From the IMG/VR virus record IMGVR_UViG_3300037067_003400, positions 32,001 to 96,000 of that record: a stretch of DNA of 64,000 nucleotides; one strand, given 5' to 3'. The stretch's first letter is position 1; the number at the start of each line of letters is the position of its first letter. Shown piece by piece: positions 1 through 9,775 of this stretch. The notes beneath the pieces are model-generated. The model ran no database searches. It was not told where the DNA came from and worked only from the letters and a program-made list of their open reading frames with translations. Source of the DNA: a virus (taxonomy: Duplodnaviria > Caudoviricetes). The position numbers and the translations under genes were made by a program.

Positions 1-365
1 TAATAGAAAGACTATTAAGGTCTGTCCCCTTGGTATAGTCGTAGATACCAAAGGTACCTACTATAGTTACCAAGGTCTGCCTCCTATAAGAGATGCTTTA
101 TATATAAGGTATCCCTCTATAAGATAACTATTTTTCTTAATACACTTCCGAAGATATTTTTAATATCTTCTATTCCTAACTCTATAGAAAGATCTCAAAA
201 TTTAATCATTCTTCCAGCACTAGGTATATATTCAAGAAGGTGGGGGTATACTCTTTGTTTAGCCCAACCCGTTGATGATACATCAACGTCTATCCTCTTG
301 TGTGTATAGCTTTAGTAGACACTCAAAGTAGATTACAGTTACTAAGGCAAAGAAAGGAAAGAACA

Positions 366-905
366 ATGTCTTTCAACTTATTCGAAACAATCGGCAATGC
401 AGTAGCCAACCTGCAAACAACAAAAGTACAGGAAGTCTTAGACTTCGTGTACGATAAGAGTGTTGAGGCTAAAGAAGCCTTAACGCCAAGCTATGATCTT
501 ATCTACGACAAAGTCGTAGAAGTAAAAGAGTCGATAGTTGACTCTTACTACACTGGCTACAACTCAGTAGTCAAGACAACAGAAGAAGAAGTCAACCCTA
601 TCATGTGTGGAGTTGACGAGTCAACAGTTAAAGCGTTCTTTAATGCTTACTTAAAGAACAGAGATATAGATGCTACCAAAGCATCATTCATATCTCTTGG
701 CTTGTTGTCTACTGCACAAGCTGAGTTCATTGCTGCTGCAGTAGCAGCAGATGTGGCCAAGTATGGCAACATACTTGATCCATTAACAGATGAGAAGCCT
801 GTTAAAACAGAGGCTCCTAAAGAAGGATGTGTTTCTTTAGAAGAAGAATTAGAGTCGGCTTTAGCAGAAGCTAAAGAATACGATTCAAAGAGATTGAAAT
901 TCTAG
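366..905 (+). CDS. hypothetical protein with short internal repeats (DFVYDK/DLIYDK)
   Basis: ORF track 300..905. ATG at 366 follows AAGGAAAG and is the likelier start. Confidence 0.7.
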   Translation: MSFNLFETIGNAVANLQTTKVQEVLDFVYDKSVEAKEALTPSYDLIYDKVVEVKESIVDSYYTGYNSVVKTTEEEVNPIMCGVDESTVKAFFNAYLKNRDIDATKASFISLGLLSTAQAEFIAAAVAADVAKYGNILDPLTDEKPVKTEAPKEGCVSLEEELESALAEAKEYDSKRLKF

Positions 906-959
906 TCTCTAGACAGAGCTCTCTGGGTGCATGCTCAGAGGGCTCTACTGTAGGGACTA
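903..959 (+). repeat. conserved long intergenic hairpin, copy 1 (candidate RNase III-type processing site)
   Basis: TAGTCTCTA...GAGCTCTCTGGG/CTCAGAGGGCTC...TGTAGGGACTA. Related copies at 1781 and 3191. Confidence 0.55.
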
Positions 960-1059
960 CAGTGAAGAACATAGTTCTTCTACACTTAAGTTAGTTACTA
1001 CTATGCTAGATGACACTCACTCTAACGAGGGGATTACAGAACTAGCAAAGGAGAGATCA

Positions 1060-1341
1060 ATGCTTAGAAGTATCGAACAGGAATTAGACCGCTTAGTCGA
1101 GTTCAAGGAAATCACAAAAGAAGTCAGACATGACTTCTACCTAGTAGCACTTGACATAGCTGCTAGCTGGGCATTAAGCAACTACCCAGCAACAGCTTCA
1201 CTATCCCTCCAAGCCAGTCACGCTGGTGTTGGAGCTACCGCTTGGTCAGATACCAAATGGTTTGGTGTTTGCCCAGTTACTCGCTCTAGAGGACCTAAAC
1301 TCAATGAGCAGCTAACAAAAATTAGAGATAACCAACTCTAA
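1060..1341 (+). CDS. hypothetical protein
   Basis: In frame with ORF 931..1341. ATG at 1060 follows AAGGAGAG. Confidence 0.6.
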   Translation: MLRSIEQELDRLVEFKEITKEVRHDFYLVALDIAASWALSNYPATASLSLQASHAGVGATAWSDTKWFGVCPVTRSRGPKLNEQLTKIRDNQL

Positions 1342-1347
1342 TCTTAA

Positions 1348-1415
1348 AGCCGAAACTAGGGGAGTCACAATACCCCTAGTCTATGCATACTGAGCATATG
1401 CATACTGATGAGGTT
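1348..1415 (+). ncRNA. hammerhead ribozyme, type II topology
   Basis: AGCC-GAAA, stem III CTAGGGG/CCCCTAG, GTC cleavage triplet (C1381), stem I TATGCATA/TATGCATA, CTGATGA core, then GGTT pairing with AGCC as stem II. Confidence 0.85.
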
Positions 1416-1446
1416 ACTCACAGAAAAACACTCAAAGGAGACTGAA

Positions 1447-1779
1447 ATGTTAAGAGCACCTAAGGATTTTTTGTGGGGTTTTCCACAAGAAAAAGTTGAA
1501 GTTACACAAAGTGTTGAACCAGCACAAAGTGTAGGAGATTTTATTGACGAGGCATTTGATTCAATTGATAGGGAAAGTTATAAGAGAGTGACATTTAAGT
1601 CCTCTCAGCTTTCTCTTAGACTTTTAAGAGAATCCCTTTATAAGGGAGATGAGAAAGACATAAAGTATAAAATCGAGGGTTGCCTCGAAGCTTTAGTGGA
1701 AAGATATGAGTATTGGTTACACAAAGACCCAGAGTTTGAGGCTCTTAGGGTTGTTTGTAAACAAATGGCTGAATGCTAA
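1447..1779 (+). CDS. hypothetical protein
   Basis: ATG at 1447 after AAGGAG, in frame with ORF 1408..1779. Confidence 0.65.
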   Translation: MLRAPKDFLWGFPQEKVEVTQSVEPAQSVGDFIDEAFDSIDRESYKRVTFKSSQLSLRLLRESLYKGDEKDIKYKIEGCLEALVERYEYWLHKDPEFEALRVVCKQMAEC

Positions 1780-1780
1780 T

Positions 1781-1874
1781 TAGTTTCTAAAACATTGCTC
1801 CTTTATTATGACCAACTGCATAGAAGATAGTTTTATCTATCTTCGATAATGAAGGGGCTTTGTTGTAGGAATTA
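1781..1874 (+). repeat. conserved long intergenic hairpin, copy 2
   Basis: TAGTTTCTA..GCTCCTT...AAGGGGCTT..TGTAGGAATTA. Confidence 0.55.
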
Positions 1875-1906
1875 AATCATTAACCTACAATTCAAAGGAG
1901 GAAGTT

Positions 1907-2131
1907 ATGAACGTAGTATGTAAGTTGTCTGGAGCTTCTATAGGAGATGCTCCTAATTGGAGAGGTGTATGTGAACTTGTAAAGAAGTATACCTCTGGGG
2001 AACTTCCAAGTCCCCAAATTCTTAGTCTTGGTGCTGGAATTAACTGCACCACATTACTTGCTCGGAACACAAAAGATTCAGTAACTTTTCCTGTGTTCTA
2101 TTTTGAAGTGTATAACAAAGGAGTGAATTAA
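1907..2131 (+). CDS. hypothetical protein
   Basis: ORF with AGGAGG RBS. Confidence 0.65.
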   Translation: MNVVCKLSGASIGDAPNWRGVCELVKKYTSGELPSPQILSLGAGINCTTLLARNTKDSVTFPVFYFEVYNKGVN

Positions 2132-2415
2132 TGGTGCACGTCTCAGAAATTTTAAAGCAACTCATATTAGAAGAGATTGAGGAAAGAACTTCTGGGGGTA
2201 ATTCTTTGACCCCAGATGATTTTGTTTCTATTGTTGAGAGAAAGGTTAATCTCTTAGGAGACAAAGCCTTCTCTCAAGACGTGGTATCTACTGCTCGTGA
2301 AAACAAAAGACAAGCAGAGAAAGCTATCGGAAAGAGGGCGGAAGAATCTTCCCAGTTTACCAGGGAAGCCGCATTGAATATTCTTGCAAGTATAGTTTCT
2401 TTAGGAGGGATGTAA
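2131..2415 (+). CDS. hypothetical protein
   Basis: ORF with AGGAG RBS, translationally coupled to the upstream gene. Confidence 0.65.
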   Translation: MVHVSEILKQLILEEIEERTSGGNSLTPDDFVSIVERKVNLLGDKAFSQDVVSTARENKRQAEKAIGKRAEESSQFTREAALNILASIVSLGGM

Positions 2416-2416
2416 A

Positions 2417-2587
2417 ATGAATAAGTGGATTAAAACATTAGTAGTGTTAGGCGGATTTGTAGTAGTGGACAGAGTTATAGCAAAGGCTATAAATGAAGCT
2501 ACAAAAGCAAGTAATAGAAGAGTCATTGAAAAAATACTTGCTGACTTCCCAGATAGAAACATAATCACATTTGGAGGCAAGAAATGA
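2417..2587 (+). CDS. small membrane-anchored protein, 56 aa, not in the ORF track; paralog of 2584..2766
   Basis: Translates to MNKWIKTLVVLGGFVVVDRVIAK...KILADFPDRNIITFGGKK. AGGAGG RBS. Aligns with ...QILEAYPERKFIVLGGK. Confidence 0.65.
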   Translation: MNKWIKTLVVLGGFVVVDRVIAKAINEATKASNRRVIEKILADFPDRNIITFGGKK

Positions 2588-2766
2588 ATAAGGTACTTGG
2601 AATTATTGCTATAGCTATTGCAGCTGTAGCTGGTGAAATTCTGATTGACAAACTAATTGAGGAGCCTTGTAGAAAGGCTCATGAGAGAACAGTCAAACAG
2701 ATTCTGGAAGCATACCCAGAAAGAAAATTCATTGTGTTGGGAGGCAAAGATGAAAAAGGCAATTAA
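2584..2766 (+). CDS. small membrane-anchored protein
   Basis: GGAGG RBS and N-terminal hydrophobic helix. Confidence 0.65.
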   Translation: MNKVLGIIAIAIAAVAGEILIDKLIEEPCRKAHERTVKQILEAYPERKFIVLGGKDEKGN

Positions 2767-2932
2767 AGTATTACTGGCTGCTGTTGCAGTCATAGGTTTC
2801 CTCTTTCTGCTGGAGTACACAGCAGAATTTGTAGCTACTAAGATACCGGCAGAGGTAGTCATACCTCTGTTTTTTGTAGGGCTCTTCGTAGGGCTCTACA
2901 TCTTCTTTAGCAGAGAAGATAATTAATTCACT

Positions 2933-2965
2933 GGGGAGCTCTCTTTGGGCTCCCTTAGTTTATTC
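2933..2965 (+). terminator. putative intrinsic terminator
   Basis: GGGAGCT/GGCTCCC hairpin followed by T-rich sequence. Confidence 0.45.
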
Positions 2966-3190
2966 ACCTCTCGATTTGTAAAAGGAGTACATTAAATGGA
3001 ACAGCTTATTGGATTCGTAGGAAAAAACGTAGACCATGAGGTCGGCGACGTTATGGAGCTTGGGACCGTCACAAAAGTAGAATATGATAAAACTACTAAC
3101 GTAACAACTGTTACAATAAAAGAAACTAATCCCTGTGAGGGATGTTATGAAGATGAATGCACAAATATAGCTTGTGCAAACTACATAGCT

Positions 3191-3267
3191 TAGTTTCTAC
3201 ACCAAGCTCCTTGCCCACACACCGAAGGAGGAATTCTTCTCCGCAGGGGGCTTGGCTGTGGGAATTA
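3191..3267 (+). repeat. conserved long intergenic hairpin, copy 3
   Basis: TAGTTTCTAC..CAAGCTCCTTGC...GCAGGGGGCTTG..TGTGGGAATTA. Confidence 0.55.
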
Positions 3268-3511
3268 CCGAAGAATCAATGATTCTTCTACATACCCACT
3301 ATACCCAAAGGAGGGTAACATGAAGAATATAATTGTTTTAGTTAGAGGTGATCCTATTGTTCACCTAACGGAATTGGTATATCGGGAGTGGCTTGTAGAA
3401 TCAGAGCCTTCCGAGGGAACTGGGAATGTAGTTTCCGGCGACGAACTTATAGCTCTATTAAGAGCACTGAGGTCTCAGTATGGGACAGAATTTAAAGTGG
3501 AGAGATATTAA

Positions 3512-4003
3512 ATGAAACAGGAAGCTCAAGCAACAATTATTGAAATGGCAAAAGGTTGTAAGTTTGGTGGAGAAACTTACAATATAAATGATGCTGTATA
3601 CCCAGTGAAAGAAACTATGATAGGTTTAACCTATATGACTATAGGTAAAATTACTGTCATACAGCAAAATATTGCTAAGGATCCAGCAAATAAAAAAGCA
3701 ACCCTGAATAGGTTTGTTGTAAGCTTAGATGCTGGTTCTACCGACGAATACTTCCTCACGAAGACAATAGGGGAAGTCTTTTATACTCGTAAAGGTAATA
3801 TCTTCAAATTCAGTGAATACAAAAACACTGAAGCAAGAAAGACAATGAAGAAAGTTGGACCCAAATCCAGAAGTGCGGATACTTCAATAGCATCCACCGG
3901 GAACTCTGCTAGAGTTCCCTACACTGGGTCCAAGGAGTCGAAGACTCCGGTAGCTGCTAAAGCGTCTGCCAACAAAGATGCTGAGGCTACTAAAGTTGCC
4001 TAA
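3512..4003 (+). CDS. hypothetical protein with basic low-complexity C-terminus
   Basis: ORF with GGAG RBS. Confidence 0.65.
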   Translation: MKQEAQATIIEMAKGCKFGGETYNINDAVYPVKETMIGLTYMTIGKITVIQQNIAKDPANKKATLNRFVVSLDAGSTDEYFLTKTIGEVFYTRKGNIFKFSEYKNTEARKTMKKVGPKSRSADTSIASTGNSARVPYTGSKESKTPVAAKASANKDAEATKVA

Positions 4004-4016
4004 TCTTAGTAGACAA

Positions 4017-4051
4017 TGGGGAGTAGTTCTTACTCCCCAGGTTACTATTTT
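4017..4051 (+). terminator. putative intrinsic terminator
   Basis: TGGGGAGTA/TACTCCCCA hairpin just after the stop at 4003. Confidence 0.5.
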
Positions 4052-4278
4052 CTGTAACCTTCTAATAGAGGGGGTTGAATTTGTAAGAGATATATTTAAT
4101 ATCTCTGGTGTTAGAAGCTATCTTGTAGCTTCTTTAGTTTCCTGGGAGTTTCATCGTAGATATAAAATATCTACTTTATCGAAGTTCTCAGGGACAGCGT
4201 ATGAAGGGGTAGAAGATATTATATATCTTCGTGTAGAAGATACATGTGTATCTTCGGGTGGATGCTTATATTTATGAT

Positions 4279-4323
4279 TTGCTTTAAATTAGTAGGAATA
4301 CTATATAGTGTTACATGTGTAAC
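4279..4323 (+). promoter_or_regulatory. sigma70-like promoter followed by a GTTACATGTGTAAC palindrome
   Basis: TTGCTT-N17-TATATA, then the 14-bp palindrome at 4310-4323, upstream of gene 4357. Confidence 0.4.
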
Positions 4324-4356
4324 TTGTTTTGTATATTTTAAAGGAGAGTACTTGAA

Positions 4357-5916
4357 ATGTCAAAGAAAGATTTAAACTATGTCAAATGTGACAACAATGA
4401 GTTGAAAATGGTTACCTTACATGGTGACTATGCTACCTTCGAATTTCGTTTTGGTAGCTGGATCAGTGAAATAAAAGTATCCTGGTCTGTAGGCGGGGAT
4501 ATACAAGTAGATATAGATTTACCTATGAAGTATCTTAAAGAGGGTAAATCATATAGTACAGTAGAAAGTGACTGGGAAGTAAGAACAAGTCCTTTTACTT
4601 TCATCGTTTGTAGACTTACTCCAAGAGAGTACGTTTTCAGACAGATGGTTAGTTCTTTTAGGGAATATTTCCCAGGCGATAGGGGAAGGTTTTGGACAGC
4701 TCCTAAAGAAACACTTAATATGCTTAAAAAGCTGATATTCAAGGCAGCTTTGTCTTTACCACATGACGATGTTTATGACATTCTCAAGGGCCGTGTATTT
4801 AGGCATGGTTGTACTGAGAAACAATGGTACTGGGGGCAGTGTGACCCCAGATTTAAAAGGGTTCTCGCAACTGCAGAGAACATAAATGAAGAGCTCCTTC
4901 CTGATGGGGAGGCTCTGAGATTAGGGCTATGTGAGAAATATAGCCGATATGTTTCTGGTAAAGCATTGTTGGCCAGAGACTTTGAATCAAAAGATAGATG
5001 GGTAGCTTTATTGGTTGCCCACATTTATGGGAGAGGATTTTTTGCAAGAGGCTTAAGTGCTGGGCTTCTTCCTATGTTTAGAAGGATGGATAAGCAGTCT
5101 ATTATAAAGGCTGCTAAAATAGTGAAGGAATATAATAGAAGCAGGATGATAGATCTTGCTGTACGTGTTGACTGTAGGCGACCTAAAGAGGTTGTAAAAA
5201 TGTTAGAGGATATGTTTGATATGCCTGTAAATAAGGTATATTATTCGTTACTTACTTTTGTCAGGGATAGTATTAACTGGCATGAAGCTGAATTAACTGA
5301 AAGGGAGCTTAGAAGAAGACAAGAAAATCAGATAGATAGTATTAGGAAGGATATAGCTTATCCGTTTGCTGCTATGCCAACTCATAAAGAGTTGACTATT
5401 ACTAATATCAATAATACTACTGATCTTTATGAAGAAGGTAGTAAGATGTCTCATTGTTGCTATACGATGAGACATACTTTTGTTGCTGGGAACTATGTAT
5501 TCTTCCATGCAGTACATAGTGATAAATCGGAAGCCACTGCCCACATAGAAGGTTGGGAAGATGGTAAGTGGAGATTTGTTTATGCTAAAGGGCCTCGAAA
5601 TAGTAATAATGCAGCCACTGAGGCTCTTGAGAAATGCTTGTCCAAATTTGTAGTTGGGCTTACACGTGTAACACCTCATAGTGTTACAGTAGATGTAGAA
5701 GGAACTGTTATGTCTTTAGCAGAGTTTGAAGCAATGGTTTCTGGGAAATCTTCTTCCGACACTAAAGATGTAGACTTTGATCCTCTTGCTGATGAGGATG
5801 ATGAGTTTGAGGATCCTATAGTAGGTAATGCCACTATTCCTGCCGATGATGGTAGGACACGACTTATAGATCGTGAGTTGATTCCATTGATAGAAGAGAG
5901 AGCTTTAGAAATATAG
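4357..5916 (+). CDS. PcfJ-like domain protein
   Basis: C-terminal LYEEGSKMSHCC...KGPRN motif typical of the PcfJ family; AGGAG RBS. Confidence 0.65.
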   Translation: MSKKDLNYVKCDNNELKMVTLHGDYATFEFRFGSWISEIKVSWSVGGDIQVDIDLPMKYLKEGKSYSTVESDWEVRTSPFTFIVCRLTPREYVFRQMVSSFREYFPGDRGRFWTAPKETLNMLKKLIFKAALSLPHDDVYDILKGRVFRHGCTEKQWYWGQCDPRFKRVLATAENINEELLPDGEALRLGLCEKYSRYVSGKALLARDFESKDRWVALLVAHIYGRGFFARGLSAGLLPMFRRMDKQSIIKAAKIVKEYNRSRMIDLAVRVDCRRPKEVVKMLEDMFDMPVNKVYYSLLTFVRDSINWHEAELTERELRRRQENQIDSIRKDIAYPFAAMPTHKELTITNINNTTDLYEEGSKMSHCCYTMRHTFVAGNYVFFHAVHSDKSEATAHIEGWEDGKWRFVYAKGPRNSNNAATEALEKCLSKFVVGLTRVTPHSVTVDVEGTVMSLAEFEAMVSGKSSSDTKDVDFDPLADEDDEFEDPIVGNATIPADDGRTRLIDRELIPLIEERALEI

Positions 5917-6113
5917 GAGGAAGCTATGACTAAACAAGAAATAGGTATCCAAGTAAGAAGATTGTGGCAGTTTTATTCTTTGCCACAGGACACAACTGAC
6001 CCAGAACTAAATGAGTTACTGGACTTGATGACTTCTAAGGTTTCTGGTGAAGCCTATGATTCTAATAGGTATTTCTTTCTATTAGATATTTATACTAATA
6101 GTTATCAGTTTTA

Positions 6114-6329
6114 GTTACACATGTAACAGAAAGTGTTACACATGTAACAAGAATATAGTGTGTTTGGTAGTCTCTATTTGTGGGTGTATTTGTGGGTCAC
6201 TTTTGATCTCAATTGTTTGCTTATTTGTTTGGAAAAGGTGGCCCGCACTTGAGTGTAATAGACTCAAGTAACCTATCAAAAAAAGTGCCTTACTTGCTAT
6301 ATTTTAAATCTCGTTGTTACACATGTAAC
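6114..6329. repeat. cluster of three GTTACACATGTAAC sites (parS-like or operator)
   Basis: Identical 14-mers at 6114-6127, 6135-6148 and 6316-6329. Confidence 0.75.
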
Positions 6330-6589
6330 GGATACTATGTATTCGTGGTGTATTAAAAAGGAGAGTATAATGAATCTGGATATGTTTATCCTATCCCATC
6401 TTAAGAAGGCACAGCAAGCTTTATGTCTTCGAGAGTATTGGGACGTGGTATCAGAAATCTCTGTACTGGGCAAAATAGACCCAGCTTATGGAGTATTACT
6501 ATCTAATACAGAAGAACAGTTAGTTCTTATGTTAAGATGGCAGATTGCTTGTGTAGTAAATAGAATACATATTGAGAAGGGACACTAAA

Positions 6590-6728
6590 ATGGAAGACGT
6601 AAGCTGTAGGGGCTTGCTGGTATAGAGAGAAGAGCAGCTCTTAGTGGTGTGTGGGAAGACGTTTAGATTGTGAAGAGTGTGAACGTTTGTTCACATGTGA
6701 TGCCTTTAACTCCAGGGGTAAACACTAG
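6590..6728 (+). pseudogene. possible degraded Cys-rich (zinc-finger-like) gene
   Basis: MEDVSCR, a one-base frameshift, then ACWYREKSSS*WCVGRRLDCEECERLFTC. Confidence 0.25.
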
Positions 6729-7587
6729 CACTTTGGTGTCTACCCCTAAGACTATCTTAAGAGTGTGACTATGAAAAGTATGAGGTATGACTATTGATTG
6801 TATCTGTCGTTAAGTTACTGGTAGGTAGTAGACAGGTGATGCTCTCTTTCTTGGAGAGCAGGGTACTGCCGTCCCTACATAGTAGGGGTTAACAGTTTTT
6901 CTGTTATACGTAACTAACCTTGTACGAGTTAGAACATATATTGTGTAACTCTTACTGTTTATTTACTGTTAAAAGTTAATTACTTTTATATTAAATGTGT
7001 TTACTTTATGTTTACAGATACAAAAACTCCAGTAGTTTTGTTCTGATAAATGTTAACTATTTCTTATGTATTTGTGATTACTAACACATATGCCTTCAAA
7101 TAGGTATACATAGGTGCCTTCGGCACCCGTGTTATTGTAGGTATGATGAGTGGTTTATGATACTTGCCCCTACTTTGAGCCTGAGGTGAGCTTATTTCAA
7201 ACGTGAAATGAGTGTCCACGTGTTTTGGTAGGGTTTTTGTAAGAAAAGACAGGTCTTTTAATGGGTAAACACTTGTTTACTTATCTCATTTTCTAAGAGA
7301 AGCTGTTTCTTAGACAATTATAGCTTTAATTTAGAGGCTATTTCTAATTAGACTGTTAAAATTAGAAGCATTTACTACTACTTTGAGCTCAATATAGGTA
7401 ATTCCTTATATAAAGAGCTCATTTATCACTGTAAGGCTTCCTTTAATTATGTTTTATTAATTAAAGGCTTAATCTACTGTTCTATCAGGAATAGTAGGTT
7501 GTCTTATCTTTGTAACTATGTTCAAATCTGGGAAATAATTGCCTCCCGGACTTAACAGGTCTACTTTTAAATTAAAGGAGTTTTAAA

Positions 7588-8115
7588 ATGAAAAGGTATG
7601 ATTTAATGCGAGACACTTACTTCGGTGACCACACAGATTTCATAAGTGTGGGAGATGTGGATAGCTACGATGAGGCTACCCAAGCTATATACAACTTACT
7701 TGATAGAGAGGATAATCCTCCTAAATCAATTAAGATGAAAGTCATATTCGATGGCGATGACCCAACCGTTACCTTCCATACCTCAGGAGACAAATTTATG
7801 TTGGTGCCTTGTAGGTTTGTTATAAGAAGAGGTATCTACGGTGCAATAGTAGGGTATGCCAGAGACAACGATAGTGGAGCTGTCTATGATAAAATCATCA
7901 CTGATGATATGAACAGGGATAACCCATTGGAAATGGTAAAGGGTGAGCTTGTTCATACAGGTAAGGTTACCATAACCTCTAAACCCTTTATTCCAGATGA
8001 GGGATTGACAGCAGTAGTAGTTGCTTCAAGTCCGTTTGATAATGTCACTTACGAAATTTATGACTTAGATTATAAGGAGTGTGACAATGACGAAGATAGG
8101 GAGTATCCTCTATGA
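7588..8115 (+). CDS. hypothetical acidic protein
   Basis: ORF with AAGGAG RBS. Confidence 0.7.
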   Translation: MKRYDLMRDTYFGDHTDFISVGDVDSYDEATQAIYNLLDREDNPPKSIKMKVIFDGDDPTVTFHTSGDKFMLVPCRFVIRRGIYGAIVGYARDNDSGAVYDKIITDDMNRDNPLEMVKGELVHTGKVTITSKPFIPDEGLTAVVVASSPFDNVTYEIYDLDYKECDNDEDREYPL

Positions 8116-8529
8116 AGAAATCTGATATGGATTTAGTAAGATTTGACGCCCAGATTGATAGATTGGCTATTGAAAACAATCTAGCAGAGCTTGATGTCTT
8201 AGAAATGAAAGAAGAGTTGAGAATGGACATTAAGCCCCAGTATGCCGTAGTAGACTTTGCTTCTCAAGAAAGCATAGGTCACGTCTACTTTCAGGTTGAA
8301 GTCCCTGCGTTAATTAGAGACTACTTAGAACCTGAATTCAAGTCAGTTCCTCTGGTCTTTAAGATAGTGAAAAGAAAAGAGGTTGTTTACCACGCTGTTG
8401 GTTATGATAGTGACGAGAGTAGATTTTTTACTCTTGTGCATCTATAAATGTTACATATGTAACCTATAATTCTTTAAATTATAGGAAATCAGATGGTGAA
8501 CCAATCGACATTTCTTAAGGAGATATGGT

Positions 8530-9033
8530 ATGTTTAAAGGAGACCAATTCTTTCTCAGTAACTTCTACCCCGTCAGTATCAATTATGACGGGGACGTTTA
8601 TCCTTCAGTGGAGAATGCTTTTCAGGCGGCTAAAACTGCTAAAGAAAACAGAGCTCCATTTCTTACTTGTCACCCATCTATAGCTAAGAAGCTTGGTAGA
8701 AAAGTTAAGCTTAGAAAAGATTGGGAGAAGAGTAAAAAAGACTTGTTGCTTTACTTATTGAAAGTAAAGTTTATGCATCCAGAGCTACGTAAAAGGTTAT
8801 TGTCTACTGGTAATACAATACTGGTAGAAGAGAATACGTGGCACGATAACTTTTGGGGAAAATGTATTTGTCCCCTATGTGATAGTGTCTCACATCTTAA
8901 TGTTCTTGGTGACTTGCTTATGCAGGTTAGGGAGTCTATGAAACAGCTTCAAGTTAAAACTCAAGGCTCTAAAAAACCTACTTATTATTATATCAAAGGA
9001 GATACTGAAAGTATCACCGTCAAAGGAGATTGA
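8530..9033 (+). CDS. NADAR (YbiA-like) ADP-ribose/N-glycosidase family protein
   Basis: FLSNFYP, SVENAFQAAK, AKKLGR, KF...LLSTG...LVE, WHDNFWG, NVLGDLLMQVR motifs. Confidence 0.9.
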   Translation: MFKGDQFFLSNFYPVSINYDGDVYPSVENAFQAAKTAKENRAPFLTCHPSIAKKLGRKVKLRKDWEKSKKDLLLYLLKVKFMHPELRKRLLSTGNTILVEENTWHDNFWGKCICPLCDSVSHLNVLGDLLMQVRESMKQLQVKTQGSKKPTYYYIKGDTESITVKGD

Positions 9034-9034
9034 T

Positions 9035-9688
9035 ATGAAAATCTATACAGATGGTTCTTATGACGTTGCCCGAGAAATGGGTTCGTGGGCATATGTAACT
9101 GAAGCTGGAGAATCTGCCTCCGGCATTATAGCTTATCCAGAGGCTCGTAACATTGATGGAGAGATTTTAGCTGTGATAATGGCTATAGACAAATATCCAG
9201 AAGCTCAAATCTTCACAGACTTACAGGGTATACCAAGATGGGTTTCCAAAAAGTGGAAAGCCAATACACTTGTATCACAGAACTTGCAGAATTTTATGAC
9301 TGGAAGAAAGAATGTTATCACGTGGGTTAAAGGACACAGTGGAAACCCAACCAACGAGCAAGTGCACAAGTTAGCATCTTCGATTCTAAAGTCAGAAGAA
9401 GCTACCAAGATATACAACCGTAAAAAGTGCAGGGCTCAATACTCCCCAGAGTTTAATACTCTACCTGATACTTTTAAAAAGACTATAATAGGTGATGTAG
9501 TCCAAGAGGCTATAGCAAATAATATAGTCTTCAACTTCGAGAGACCAGATTATGGTATCACTGAATTTCTTGCTGATTATGGCTTAGAGTTTATGAGTGG
9601 CAAAACCAATTTCATAGGCACTAAAGATATGTCAGTAGAGACACAGCTTATTATAGTCAAGAAGCTTGTTAATGCTCTTGTCTTGTGA
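9035..9688 (+). CDS. rnhA: ribonuclease HI with C-terminal extension
   Basis: IYTDGS, GEILA, IFTD, WVKGHSGNPTNE motifs. Confidence 0.85.
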   Translation: MKIYTDGSYDVAREMGSWAYVTEAGESASGIIAYPEARNIDGEILAVIMAIDKYPEAQIFTDLQGIPRWVSKKWKANTLVSQNLQNFMTGRKNVITWVKGHSGNPTNEQVHKLASSILKSEEATKIYNRKKCRAQYSPEFNTLPDTFKKTIIGDVVQEAIANNIVFNFERPDYGITEFLADYGLEFMSGKTNFIGTKDMSVETQLIIVKKLVNALVL

Positions 9689-9775
9689 TTTATGCCCTGC
9701 GACCTTTTCTGAGTGGATCCCTATGCTCCAATATGCTTAGTGGATCCCTCTTAACTTTTTAACTCTTGCTATGGT

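Noticed and set aside
3978-4277. ORF 3978..4277
   Set aside because: It runs through a terminator and multiple palindromes, so the region is more likely regulatory DNA.
6114-6329. CRISPR array
   Set aside because: The repeats are only 14-16 bp with irregular spacing and there are no cas genes in the window.
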